Positions 12,700 to 26,911 of a stretch of DNA of 64,000 nt are shown here, piece after piece; position 1 is the stretch's first letter; each line of letters opens with the position of its first letter. Made by a program: the position numbers and the translations under genes. The stretch comes from Bigelowiella natans CCMP2755. Its lineage: Eukaryota > Protista > Cercozoa. Under the pieces are notes generated by a model that was given only the letters and a program-made list of their open reading frames with translations, did no database searches and was not told the origin of the DNA. Location: the NCBI GenBank assembly GCA_000320545.1, contig ADNK01001626.1:11435-75434 (forward strand), written 5' to 3'.

Positions 12700-13798
12700 G
12701 GGAGAAAAATGGTGAAGACAAGGGAAAGCGAGGGTAAGACACACGGATATTGTTGTCCTGGTTGCTTTTTATCGGGAGAACTTCCCATGAACACCCTGCT
12801 GCTGACCCTCAGATCGATCGACGCCATCCAAGAGAACTCGTCGTGAAAAATACTTTGTGGCCACAGAGAGGGGAAGCAGGTTTATTTTATGATTCCCTTG
12901 ATGATTTTGCTTTATAGTACACTTTGGTAGGATACTGCGGAAATATCGTGTAACTGCTTACTATCTAACATCAACATGCAGATGATTTCCAAAGTCCGAT
13001 GAGTACTTCTTTGGATCAAAATCTGTTCTTCGTCACCGTTGGGAAAGAATATGTTCAGCCAATTCAAATCACGCAGTTTGGAAAGCAGGTTATGTTTTAT
13101 TCTATACAACACTTATTTATTCGACAAGGAAAGTCAACACTACGATCATTCTCAATATTAACGACCTAAGCAGGACGGTATCCCTTCTGATAAGGAAGTA
13201 AAGAATGGAATCTTAAAAGTGCGTCAAACATCTTTGTTTAATGGTTACTGAATAGTAACTTTGCACTCTGATGTAGATTCTTCCCACTCTAGTCAAAGAG
13301 TTCGATGAAAAAAAGGGAAATAAATGGAAAATCGGAAAATTGTTGGTATGTGCGTGCTGATGCCCACAAATTTACATTCCTCGTTTGGAATACCTTCGAA
13401 AAAATTCAAACATTCTTCGCACCTTTTCTACCCCACATCTTTCCAGTTGCCTTTTTGCCCTTAATTGAATAAATGTAAGTAGGGCTTCGAAATTGCAACG
13501 AGGTTTACGACATCTGAGCCAGCCCATTCTTTAGTAAAAAACTCATTGTTCCTCCCGAAATCTACCTAACTAACTAACTCACATATAAGGCATTTGAAGG
13601 ATCACGGCACCAAGGATTTGAATCAAGAAAGATCTCATCGCATACCCTTTACGTAGTTATCGCTCAAGCTGGTATATTCCTAATAGGGCCACTTTCTATC
13701 CTAGCTTCTTTCTCTGTTGCTTTGTGGGCTGTGTGAAGATTAATCTCCGACATATATAATTAGGTCAGCTGAAATTTCTTCAGGGTGAGACAACGTAA
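12700..13798 (+). CDS. Small hypothetical multi-exon gene
   Basis: Chain of GT-AG-flanked exons that can be spliced in frame (12813-12879 IDRRHPRELVVKNTLWPQRGEA, 9-nt exon 12918-12926, DDFQSPMSTSLDQNLFFVTVGKEYVQPIQITQFGKQ, ... AFEGSRHQGFESRKISSHTLYVVIAQAGQLKFLQGETT*). Start not resolved and no homology recognised. Confidence 0.4.
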
Positions 13799-14610
13799 TA
13801 CGGCAGACCGAATTATACCCGATCCTTTTCACGGCTCTTCTGAGCCATCTAGCCATGCTCCCTACCCTCACTACCACATCTAGAAATGTCCGTTTGCAGG
13901 GAGGCACTATAGTAAGCAGCATTGCTGAGAGCTAGCGGGACAATGCGCATGTGGTAGTATGCAATTGTTTTTGTCGGTGTCAGCCACATGCGAGACCCCG
14001 TAGCTTGGCATGCGTGACATTACATCTAGCAGACGGAACAGAGGGTCGACAAGCCTGGGGTGTTGTCTCACCATCCTTTCGTTGTCATGCTACAGCAGTA
14101 TGATTACATGGCAATGTTTAGATCTACTTATTGTAGTAGGAATCGAACACTTAGCTACGACCATGATGATTAAACTAGTCAGCCAATGATCAAAGGCACA
14201 TACTCTATGTCTAACTAGATATGTATGCGCTTTGCTAGTAGCACTGCTCGCACATGCTTCAATGCGCCGTATTTTGGCACTTACTCCCAAGCACACGTCG
14301 TCGTGCACATAGGACACATAGATATTTTCCAGCGCCGAAAATGAAACAGACCGTGCATTGCAAATGTCTAGATGTCGCAGAGCTAGAGAGGCAACACTGT
14401 CAACTTGCAAGCCGTGACGGTCGGTATCGCAAGCGAAGCAACAATGAGCACATGGACACATGACAGATAAGATGAGCATCCACAGTGAGCTCTCAGTTCA
14501 TTTTGTTTCATGATGATATTATGCAATAACTTGCATATCACATGAAATGACCCAATGTTGAGGTCTCGGATGGTTCACACATCCTAGCTCTCGACTTAAT
14601 CTGGTTCATT

Positions 14611-15745
14611 TCAGGTCACTGTTCGAGTTCTACGATGTCGATGCTGCAATTTGAAATGTGTGGCAGGACGCTTTCGGGAGTAAGTCACCTTGGGACTAGG
14701 CTTTTGAGATCTAGAGCCAGCAGATGATGATCTCGATCTCGGAGGCACCCTTGCACTCGCTCCTGGAGAAGACAGGAAGTTCAATTTGCCCTTTTCGTTT
14801 GCGATAGAATCTAGAGCTGGTCGTTTGAGAACATTTGTCGATTCTTCTTTTGGAGGAGAAATTATGGAATTCTCGTTGAGGTTTTTCACTTTCGAAGGTA
14901 AGTTTTGCATTGAAACATCTGGACTTTTACTCACAGGAGTTTTGTCAGTCGTCGATATTTTTGTAATTTCTGCAGGCGAAAATGTGAATATTAAAGTTGC
15001 CTGATTCGCTGGCGAAATCGTAGCATTTACACTGAGGGCAGGGGATAGGGACGGTGTACAGACTTCTTTAGGAGTGGGTGGAGATGAAGCAAATGGGGAA
15101 AAAACTGTCGAACTTGGAGATAATGACGGATAAAGTACATCTCCTCTTAGTTCTGTTGATAACGACAACGAGAGAGAAGAAATAGCTGTGCCGAGAGATA
15201 CACCATCTTCGGAGAATTCGGATAAGTCGGAAGATGTAAGCGAGGCTGATGCAGTTGCTCCGCTCCAAACAGAGAACGAATCAGACATGGGTGTAAAAGA
15301 AGAGGTTTGTGACTTTGGAGAAGGAGAAACTGGAGTTGTATGTAGCAAAATATTCTTTGCTTTAACAGGGTTGCTATCCTTGGAAATCACAGTAGCACTT
15401 GACTGCAAGGAAGCTGTTGGATCTATTTTCGCAGCCTTCATAGTCTTTTGGACTAGAATCCAGGTGAATATTATGCATGTCATCACGACCACGGCAGTAA
15501 ATTGGCACATCATAAATAGTGTTTCTGCTGGGCTCGCCAAGAAGTACCCCACTGTAATCGCACAAATCCAAAATCTTTCCCGGAAGGTAACCTCCAGGAT
15601 CTGAAACAAAAGTACCTATGAAGGAGAACGGTTAAAATTTTGCCTCATTTGCATACCCTACCTCATGAAGCCCATTATTAAAATTTGCCTTGCTTGACTC
15701 CTGCTTCTTTATAAGGGAAGGCATCGACTTGCTTAAGTTCCCCAT
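14611..15745 (-). CDS. Hypothetical protein with 1-2 N-terminal TM segments and a long Ser/Pro/Thr-rich tail (about 353 aa)
   Basis: 1-kb open exon 14611-15615 joined through an inferred GC-AG intron (15616-15688) to MGNLSKSMPSLIKKQESSK. Confidence 0.5.
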
Positions 15746-15950
15746 TGTAACGAATTAGGAGGCTTCCGTCTCGTTGAAAAGTACAAGAGAGAGTGGTGAT
15801 ATTATCAAGCAACACATCTTCATGGAGCTCATAAAACATAGCCGAAATTGATCCCAGGCGACAAGCCTTTCCGATCCTGTCGAGGCAGAAAAAGGGCAAT
15901 GAGGCAGCAGCAGAGAGCGTAGGAAAAAAGCACAAAATAAAAAAAAATCG

Positions 15951-18900
15951 ATGCGGTTTCAGGCTGGCGACGTCGTACGAATCAACGAATTTCCTAATTC
16001 AGCCCTGCAATGTTCATCAAGTAGAAAATCTGGGTTATTAAGCCGGAAAGCTTCATCAATGACTCGAAGTTGTTGTTATTGTTGTCGTTGTCGTTGTCTC
16101 CGTTGATGTGATAATGATGGTGAGATCCGGCATATCATCCCTTTGGGAACTAACAACAACTTCGGGAACAGATCATTCACGCTCCACTGATCAAATTCCA
16201 TTGATGGTGAGAACTAACATGGTAAAGCCGCTTTGCATGCTTCCGATGGCTTCGAGCTCTGGAGGTTCACAGCGCACGGCAACAGTTTTGATGGCAGGCA
16301 CTTCTTCCATACTAAAAAAAATGACTTCCTCTCGCCCTCGCCCTTAAACATCATGAGGGCGCGCAACAGTGTCGGTAAGGACTGCAAAAATACAAACATC
16401 TGCTTAGAAGCACTGAACTCATTCGTTCCCGTAATATTACAACAGTACGTGGCCGAGGGCAAGCGGTGGGAGATGATGAACAAAATGCAATAGGCAAAGT
16501 AGCGAATCAAGACAATGGGTCGAACCAGTGGATGATGCTGGTTAGAAAGGCTGCCGCGCTAGCAAACGAATGCGTTTGCGAATTTCCTGGTCATGCTGGC
16601 AAGGTAGTGTAAAATCTAAAGGATCAAGGCCGAAATGATAAAATATGCATAAGGGTGTTGTTTTCCCCTTGTAATCAGGCGGAGAAAGCTGCCAATATCC
16701 GGAATCGGGCACAGGAACTGCGGGCAATCTTGCAGAGGTTCGGATAGCATTACTACATTTCTATAATGATAGCCGCCGATCATTCATTCTCCTCCCCGAT
16801 AACACCCATCTCTTTCAAAAGATATCCCGTCTTGCGTATGAACTCGTTGAAGAGCCTGTTTCGGAAGCTCTGGGCGGTCCTCGGAATGCCAAAGAGGCAG
16901 GAAGGACAAGAGACTGCGCCCACAAAAGGAGACAGAGCAGCGGAAATAAGCTTTACTCCGATCTGGCCTTGGGCCTTACGAATCGGATTGCAGACAATTG
17001 TATGAAATACTACATTAGAAAACAAGCATAAAAATGGAAAAGGAAAGAGATTAAACAAAAAAGAAGAAGTTATGCCATTCTGTACAATTTTGATGATTCA
17101 CGCATATGACGCAGCTTCTTATTTACTTATACTTCAAGGCACTCCCACTGCACAATATTATCGGCGAAAATGACTTCTCAGTCTTTAGTTCTTGTGCTAA
17201 AGCATTCTGGTCGTCGACTCCCTTTTCGAACAGCAAGGCTACTGTTCCACGTCTTTCAGACTATCTTCCTTTCCAATTACTGAAAGCTGCTCTACTCAAT
17301 GAAGACGTAGCAGAATCTGCGGAGGACTTAGAGAGTGCATGGGCATTCCGCCTTTTGATCACATCTGGTAGAGACTATGCTCTGAATATGTAGAAATGGA
17401 GTCATTCTCGAAATCAAATCGTTTTTGCAATTTTGCTAAAATGACATTATCATCTTGTAATTGATATCTCTCAGCCTTGTTCGAGATCATCGAAAGCGAG
17501 AAAAGAACACAAAATCAATATCAGCATCGTCATCGTCATCAACACTTCCGAAGGGAAGAACAAGAATTTATGCAATCTATAATCCGCGAATTGCGACTCC
17601 TCGTTGCACGGCGAAGAGCCTACTTGCCCAAGGAAAATAGCTCAAGCATCCTATTTAGAGCAGGGTTGGAGATTCGTCGAAGAATGGCGAACAACTTTGC
17701 GGAGAAAACGAGGACAAAATTGCTAGATGCCAAGAGCTTTTCTTTATCACGTTTCGCTACCACCACCACCACCACCACCACCACTGGTGTAGTAGACGAT
17801 GGAGAAGGTAGAGAGACAATGCTGTAATGATACACGTTTTCTAACTCATCAATCTGTATACCGCCTCATTTATGTGGTCTCAGTAAATCAAAGCCTTCTT
17901 TGTTGCAGGGCGTGAGGCTTATTTTGCCGTGAGGCAGAGTTTTGATTCTCTCCTCTGGGATTTCATTGGAACGAGGCGACGGGAAGACGGAGGGAGAGAA
18001 CGAGAAGGAACTAGAGAAAAAGCAACCGAGGAAGAGGAAATGGGTGATATTTACGGTATTGCCAACAGTGGTTGCAATGAGCAGCACCATGGCTATCATG
18101 AGCAGAAGCAGCCACCCGCCGTCGTATCCTCTTCCTATTCTAACGAAAGTCGTTTTGATGAGCCTCGCCCTTACACCAAAAAGAAAAGGAAGCTTCATGG
18201 CACCAGCATTAGTAGTAATATGAAAATAGGCAGTACATCATCTTCTCCAAGCAGCCCTTCTCTCTCTTACTTGATATCGAGATCAAAGTTTGTATCGGCA
18301 TTGCGAGATTCGGTAGAAATGGCCACATTCGCTGCCTCAAGCGGGAGGTTAACAGGCGGCTGCTCCAATGGGGGCGGCTTCATATCTGCCAAGAAATGCC
18401 AGCACCTCGTAGGAGCAGTAATGGCGAGGGTAGATGCTATGGAAGGGAGAGGAGGGGAGAGGACAAGGAGAAAACAGAAGAATAGGGAATCTAACGGACT
18501 TTCCCACCGGCATGACGACGATGGTGGTGCTACTAATGAGAATGAACAACGCTTGGATGTTTCTCGAACGATAAGGTATAGCTAGCACGCCACTACGATG
18601 ATCTAGCACCCTTCACCATTGGTATCATATTCGGTGTCAACTCTTAGGAACTAATAAGATACTGCTGCTGCTGCTGCTGAGGGTGATGTGGTTGATGTGG
18701 TTGAATGATGATGTGAAGAACTAATAGTTTCTCCTCTGGCTGCATAATTTAGATCGGTCTCATCTTCAATGGACTTTATCCTTGGAATGCGTTTGGAAAG
18801 CAGCAGCAGCAGCAGCAGCAGCAGCGATGTAAGAGCAACTGCCTCTCCATTCTTCTCCTACTCTCCCCAACGTAATCAAGTCCTGGGGGCATTTGGAAAG

Positions 18901-21022
18901 GCGTTGGCAACAACACTTCTGGTCTTAGTGTTGCTGTTTTCGTCTTACACCTACACACACATGTCTAGTGCGCTTGTTATGATGAGCCCTCTTCGTCCCC
19001 AGCACATAGCCTAGCCAATCAGCTCCTGTTCTATGTATTGCATGCTTGCGAGTGTTTCGAGGGATTTCACCCATAATTTGATTTTCAGGAGGAGGCCGTT
19101 CCACCATCAATTTTCACTCTGATATCAGTTTTCAAGCATGCTTTGACGGGGGAGGGGGAAGAAGATAATTACAGTTCTCCACTGCCACTTTCATCATCGA
19201 ATTCCTCGTCATCGTCGTCTTTGTGGAGGCAGCATGATGACTCGCCCTCTCTTCTTCGCTGGACTACCGATCTTATATCTATGACCGCTATTGCGATTGC
19301 TCACGAAAAGGGCCTTCAAAGGCGAAGATCGTTATCAGCATCACTATCAGCGTCGTCCTCAATCCTGGAGGCCAAGGCATGGACTGAAAAAGAAGCTTTG
19401 GAATTCAGTACAAAGATTGGCCAACTTTTGGAGACCCTTGGATTTCGTGCTACTACGATGAATGGCAACAATAGTAGCATAAGCAGTGAAGGAGGCGCAA
19501 CCAGCAGCCTTGGCGTTGGGAGGCTCATAATGGTGTCGTGTATGGATGCATGGTACTACCATAATATATATATTATATATACAAATATAGAGCTTCATAC
19601 GTCGTCTAACATAAATTTGCAATGGCTAACGACGCGTACCAGTAACATCACGCCTCACATACACAGGGTGCAAAGGCCGTCACAGGCTCAGAAGGTCACT
19701 TCTTTGCTGCATTCTCTCCTCGAGCAGCAGCAGCAGCAGCAGCAGACCTCCTCCTCCTCCTCCTTCGCTCCACCGTCTACCTCTGGTACGAAGACTAAGA
19801 AGAGGAGGAAGATGAGCGTTAAGAAGAAGAAGGAGAAGAAGGGGCCTCACAATTACATTAAAGAAGAAGGAGAAGATGAAGTAAGAGGAGGAGGAGGAGG
19901 AGGTGTTGAAGAGAATCACACAGACATCAAGCAGAGGGAAGCAGCAAATGACCTTTTCTCTCCTCTCGTAAGTCAGCACACGTGCACATGCTAGTAGTAG
20001 CAAGTAGCAGCAGCAGCAACACAAGTATTAGTAGATAGAGCAGGAGGAGCACACTAGTAGGATATTAGATCTTTCCATATGTTCGGAAATACCCTGTGAT
20101 CATCGTTTGCTGTGGTCGTCGTGTCGTCGTCGTCATCTTCATCGTGTACATGATTTCAGGGGATGTTACGCATGTATCTTGCTCGTGTCGTGGAGGAGCT
20201 GATACTCCGCGACACCTTCGTTGGACCCTTGCCCCCCGCCCCACTGCACGCATTGATGCCTTTCCTCAAGACTCCTGCATCATTCACACAACAACGAATG
20301 CGACGATCGAGCTCCCCATCTTCCAGGAAAGAAAAGGCAGTGCGGTAGAAGCTATGAGCAGTGCTCGTTGTTGCTGGGGGAGTTCTGTCCATCACCACTA
20401 GCAGAGGGCCTTTCCACAGCCGTTCGTTCTCATCGGACTACGGTAATTACTGAGGAGGAGCGGAAAGCTGACAAACGAGCGAAGCGATTGAGAGAAGGGG
20501 GAGAAGCAATAGTAGTAGCAGTCTTTGTAAGGATGTATAGGGTACGAGATATGACGTATTATGTGTTGCTGATTATCCCTCCCTCTACCCTCTCCTCCCC
20601 CTCTGTTACTACTACTACTATTACTACTACTACTACCATTCATCCATAAAGGGAGGCCTCATGGTCGCACTATAACCGTATGGCTGCAATCTGCGGTGAT
20701 GAAGAGGACGACGAAGGTGATGATGCAACAACGGCTGTACTACCATCAGGGACGAAGATGAAGAAGAGGAGGAGGAGGAGGAGGGCCAATAGCCCAACCT
20801 CTCCTGTTGTTCAAAGGATATTGAGGGTTGCGAAGCGCAAGAAGCTCAACGTCAATGTGCGAACATTTATACGATCGATTATTCTGTTTCCTGACGAATT
20901 GTTGGTTATATGATGCGGTGATGAGGATGGATGCTAATATGATGATGACTATGATCTTCCATTTACTACTTTTGACTGTCTCTTTCTCTAATCATGACGA
21001 TTATTCGATTAAGCAAACACGG

Positions 21023-21073
<51 letters not shown>

Positions 21074-23158
21074 GCGTACACAAAAAAAAAACAGCTTTGG
21101 CTCCGATCACTGCTTCACCTTGAGAACGTCATCGTGGTTCCTTCGTCTTGCTCCTCCTCCTCCTCCTCCTCCTCCTCTACCGTTTTGATGCTGGGTGAGC
21201 GGCGGCAGCAGCAGCAGCACCAAAACCAACAAGAATCTTATTCGTGGACGGGTAGTAACTGCTACCCACTCTGTATAGCTCTGGAACTAGCAGCCGATCT
21301 TGACCGCTACGACCGCCAAAATAACATCGCACAAGTCATGTCTGGCATGACTGATAATGATGATTACGACAATGACGACGACGAGAGGCTATTCTCTGTG
21401 GCGAGGTGGATCGCCACCATGCTCGGGGGACAACAGGGAAATGGAACCAACAAGAGTCGAGCGCGGTCAGAATCAAACGACTTGAATCTGAAGAAGAGGA
21501 AGAATGGTGATTACTGTGCTAGCATTGCGGTGTCTGGAAGTCGGAGAGAAAGGCTTCTCAAAGGGCTGAGAAGGTTTCTTCACAAAGCGGCAATGAGACA
21601 GGAAGCATCGATATTGCGGTACTACTACTATTACTACGAATACTGCCACTACTACTATGAGAATAAGTTGAAGTGCTAATGGTACTTCTTGGACTATTTC
21701 TACTACCACGTGCATCATCTTGAGTAGCCATATGCCGAGTTGATGATGATGGGGAGGTGGGGGAGGAAGTGGAGGAGGAGAAGGCCTTAGAATCGTTGTA
21801 TTGAGCGGCCTGTGCCAGCTTTATAAATATACTCTCCGTCGCATAATCAACGACAACAACAACAACAACAACGATGACTTCCTATTGGCCTGACGATGAG
21901 AACAAAATAGGAGGATTGTGGACGAGATGCAGCACTTGGATTGGGACGACACTGGGGTACAAACCAACTATATCCTCAAAAAAATCTAAATACTAATTAT
22001 TGTTGTTGATGAGACGCCTTCTCCCACACAAAAACTTCACACCCCTTTTTTGGGTCATTACCTACTATCTCCGCACCCATTTTTACCAGGTGCATGACAT
22101 TGCCCTGCTGTCACACCGAGCTCTCCGAGTAGTAGTAGCACCGCCCATGACTAATCCTACACAGAGGTACAACAGTAATACCACCGATTGTATCCATAAG
22201 AAGGGGAGGAGGGGGGGTACGATAGGCAAATCTAACATCATAATCATCAACCGCAGAATTGCAGGACAAGAAATGCGGCAGCAGCATTTGAACGATGAAG
22301 AAGCAACACTATCTTCCTCCTCTTCGCGTCTGGGAAGAAAAGGAGCTCAAATGGCGGGAGAAGAAGAACCAGAGGCACCAGATATAGTAAGTAGCGTGTG
22401 GATGCACCTACTTCGTCATTTTGACGAGGGAGGACCGGGAAGGTGATCCATATCTACAAATAGATGATGATGACTTCTACTCATCATCATCATCATCGTT
22501 ACTTTGTCGTAGTCGTTGTGTCCACCAGAGGTGCATCACAAAGGATGTTTCACCTTGCTCCTCCTCCTCCTCCTCCTCCTCCTTCTCCTCCTCTTGCTGC
22601 TGCTGCTGCTGGTGGTGGTGGTTTCATACTTCCCACCGCACCTCTTCCGTCCATCATTCAGTACACTCATATTACCTCTCCTCCTCCTCCTCCTCCTCCT
22701 CCTCCTCCTCCTCGTCCTCCTCTATTAGCGCTTTGATGTCAGTTTGCCAATTTCTCGGAAGCATACAAGCAGGGGAGAACAAGAAGAAGAGAAAGATGAT
22801 GATGGAGACGGGGAGTCGCAAATACTTCGGAGAAAGGCCCGACGATCATCATCAACAACAACAACAACAAGAAGAAGAAGAACAACAACAACACCTTCTG
22901 CCCCTCCGAGCTTGGAAAAGAGCTGTGTCTAGCTTGACCCCAAGACTGTGTCATCAACTTGCTAAACGTTGGGCCCTGAGCAAACAAGATCAGCAAAGTC
23001 TCCCCATTAGAAGAGGTCAAGGAGGAGGAGGACCAGAAATGACAATCATAAGAAGCATGCTTCGATGGCTTGTTCTCTGGCGGATACCATGTAAGAGTTT
23101 GTATAATGCCGGCTGGTCGAGAGAGGAGGGGGGGTGGAAAGAGAAGAGAGAAGAAAGT

Positions 23159-23200
<42 letters not shown>

Positions 23201-26200
23201 AGTGCCATGCATCATTTTCGTCATCGTCGTCATTATTATTGAAATCTCTGTCTGTTTCATTTTCCAGTTGTATTTCACCATTAATCATCCGACCCTTCCA
23301 TCGTCTCTGCGCCTTCTATATTTGCCTTTTGATGTATCAGTTTGGCAGATCATCGTAAGAAATCTATTTGCGCCTCCTCCTCGAAAGATCTTCAGGCTAT
23401 TTGCTCAAGTGGCACTAAGCTCCTCCTCATCATCATCATCATCAACAACAACAACAAGTCTCTCTCCTGCAAGTCGTCGTCGCGGCAAGTCCAAACCACC
23501 ATCCCTGAATGCTGATCGTGTCACCTCGTCCATGCTGTCTCCTTTGCACGCCTTACGTCAGAACAGCAGCAACTTATTGACGACGACAACGACGACAACT
23601 AGGAAGAAGAGTTCCCTACATTCTCATCATCATTATCAACAGCGATGGGCTGGTGGTGATGGCGAGCTGGAGAGAGAGGATTATGAGGAGGAGGAGGAAG
23701 AGGAGGAATGTGGCCGGCAACCAGCTAAGATTGCTCGGCACTTACTGCGGAGATTTGGTGATATGGAAGGGCATCGTCCTGAGCAGAAGAAGAGCACGTT
23801 CCAGAAAAAGAAACGAGGGAAAAGCAAAACTGCGACAACGCCACAATTAGCAGGGCGACAAGCGCCACGAGGAGAAGGAGGAGGAGGAGGAGGAGGAGGA
23901 GGAGGAAGAAGAAACCGGTCTTCTATAGCTGCGCACGTGATTGGGGGTGATACAAGTGCTCTCATTCAAGGTGCAATGATTTTGGTGATGAATCAGCCGA
24001 TATCAAAGGGAGGAGGAGTTACAGCGATCAGTCAGCTACTTCTAGAGGCATCAGAAGCATTACAGCCTCTAGGAGAGACGCTCGAGAAAGAGCTATGGCT
24101 CCTACTTCATGCATATATCCGCCTAATTAGCAAGGAGGTTAAGAAGAAAATGAGTAAGGATGCGCCTCCAAGCAACAACAACGGCAACAACAACAAATAC
24201 GAGTTCCATGATAATAGCGGCAAGCAAGATACAAAAGCAGCAGTATTTAGACCGGCTGTGCACAACGGCAACTTCGTCAGCAATAGCACCGTGGGAAGAC
24301 ACGTCTCCACAGAAGATGCGATGTATATCAATAATCATCCATCATTCAGAATGGAAGAGCAGAGCAATGATGATAGTAGCGATGATGATGATAATGATGA
24401 TATTGATGATGATGACCATTATGCAGACATAGAGCTTGAATTCTTCAACGAAATGCCACCCGGAGCGTGGCTTCGATGCGCTGATTTATTTGTCGGAATG
24501 CACGGTCGCATTGCCTCGGTATTGTCAGATATTAGAATACACGAAGCCATTCTCTCCCAGATCATAGAGGAGATTGGCCAAAAGGCACTAGCAATCGCCT
24601 CACAGAGTGGTGTTTCAACAACAAGAATTGTATCGTCGCCCACGTCGTCGTCGTTTACACGGAGAAGTCACCACTTTCCTTTGGTGGATTTCGTGAGCAG
24701 GATTCTTGAGAGAGCAGCATCAACAGCAACTGCCGCAACATCGTCATCGTCAGTGCATTTTGATATTGATGACGATTATAACGATTCCGACATATTGAAG
24801 GGGTGCTACCCACTCATCTCTTCTCTCCAAAGCATATTATGTATAGAGAGGGATATTGGACGTTGTTTCGGCCTTTCTTCTGAGGACTTTGCAACGTCAG
24901 TGATGCTGGGAGGCCGCAGAGTAGCATGGTGGCGACAATGCTTGAAGAAATCGTTATCATCATTATCTTACTCTTCCTGTGACTCTGATGATGCTCTTAT
25001 AACGTCCTCTTCCTCATACCCATTTGAGCAGTTGCTGCCCACATGGAGGTGGTACAAAACTTTGAGAAATTCAATATCATCGTCGGAAACATCATTTTCA
25101 TCATCATCATCATCATCATCTTTGCCCATGAGCGGCGGTTCAAAGGAAGAGGTAGGCATGTTGGCCGTAGCACCAGATCATTCAGTAGCAAATCTCGTTT
25201 CGTTTGAGTCATTCGTTCGCTGCAAAGTGATGGAGCAGCTGCGGCGGCGTGGTGCTAGTAATGACCGCATTGCATCAGGAACAACAGCATCGAGTTTGAA
25301 TAATCGTCATCATCATCATAGTAGCCACCATCACCACTGCCAGCAGCAACAGCATTTATTTCACCCGTCTTTAGTCTCGCACCACGTTGCGACATTGGAT
25401 CGGTTTTCGTCTCGACTTTCACCTCGTCGTCGTCTTTCCAAGCCGCAGCTTCTCACCCAGATGGCCTCTGCTCTAGCAAGAACGCCATTCCCTCTGCCCT
25501 TGTCGCTCTTATCCGCGTATCGAACGATTTGTAATACAGTGGTAGCTGAGAGGGCTATTCATCAAAGGTGTTGTGTCTCTTCACCCCAGCAGATCGAAGG
25601 CTGTATGTGGTGGGCTTCATGGATACGGACAACTCTTCTCAATACAAGAAGGCAGCAAGGCTTGGATGATGATGAGGAGGAGAATGATAGGGATCTTGCT
25701 GTTCGTTCCACGATAATACCTCAATCACTGGAGAACATAATAAACGCAACACCGACACTGGTAAGGGGGGGGGGGGGGGCATGAATTTTGTGCTGCTTTT
25801 TGGGAGTTAACAACACGTTATATGCTCTCTAGAGTTTCTACATCGCTGCTTACAAATGTCTTGGTGATGATGTTGATGACGATGAGATGATAGTTATGAT
25901 AATGATGATGATGGTGATGAAATAAATGGTTGTGGTGATAACTAGGTGTGGAAGCCTTGCGGATTCTGCCAGCATGATGTACAAGACCGAATCGTATCGG
26001 AAGTTTTAGAAGCGCTTCTCAAAACGCGAATCGTTTTGAGTCTGGAATCTATTGTCAGGGTAAAGTTTCATGAAATTGAGATGAGAGTAAAACGGAGGAC
26101 ATTGTTGCGTTATTGTGATTGAATTTCATGCTTGTGTTTAGGTCATTGAAGGAGTATTATTCTTTGAATTTGAGAGCCGAAAGAAGCCGCAGACCAAAAA

Positions 26201-26345
26201 GAAGCCCAGAAATTCGTCCCTAGTCAGCGAAAGGCTAATGGATTTGAAGAAAGATGTGGGGTCCATGAAAGATAGCCCTAATCTTAATAATGTTTATTTA
26301 GCACTAGAAAGGTACCGAGGAATGTTACTGCTGTTAAATCGCTAA
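15951..26345 (+). CDS. Very large low-complexity hypothetical protein, multi-exon
   Basis: Consistent in-frame GT-AG exon chain from about 16200 to 17370, long open exons (17929-18585, 19143-19994, 23070-25760), terminal exon ...YLALERYRGMLLLLNR* at 26345. Poly-S/Q/E/G tracts. No domain recognised and the start is tentative. Confidence 0.7.
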
Positions 26346-26911
26346 TGATGTTCCATAAGAACGATTAGAAATTTTTAATCACACATGGAAAAAATGATGA
26401 TAAACTTAATGATTCAGTTTGAAAGCCAAAATTCATGTTTTCCCTGGGGCACATGACTAGATGAGCATGACAGTGCAACTGATTCTACATCGCTTGTCAA
26501 GCGCGCATGAAAGGTGAATTGCAGGCTAGCAGGGTGCTAGCCAGGCTTTCTCTGTCGCTTTCAATGCACGTTGCTTATCGACGTGCATGGCCACCGCGAC
26601 ATTCATTAGTCATGCATGCTCATCACACGCTAGCACGCATCAGCGTGATTTTTTCATTGCATGCCGCATCAGCATTGCTAGATTGTTGGACAATTTTTGC
26701 GGACTGCTGGTGTGATGGAAATGATGGTTCTGGATTAGAGACATTTGTCCACAATGTAGTCCACATTCAAGCCATGCTGGCACGGGCTAGTGTCATCATG
26801 CATGGACAACGCAATGTCACATGTGCACTACACATGCCATTACTGTGTCTATCATGGGGATACTCATTGTAGACAACGTAATATTATGTATGTACTACAT
26901 GTGCTATCACT

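Noticed and set aside
16214-17058. Minus-strand ORFs suggesting a gene or stop-codon reassignment
   Set aside because: The plus strand gives a consistent GT-AG exon chain, and other genes use all three stops normally.
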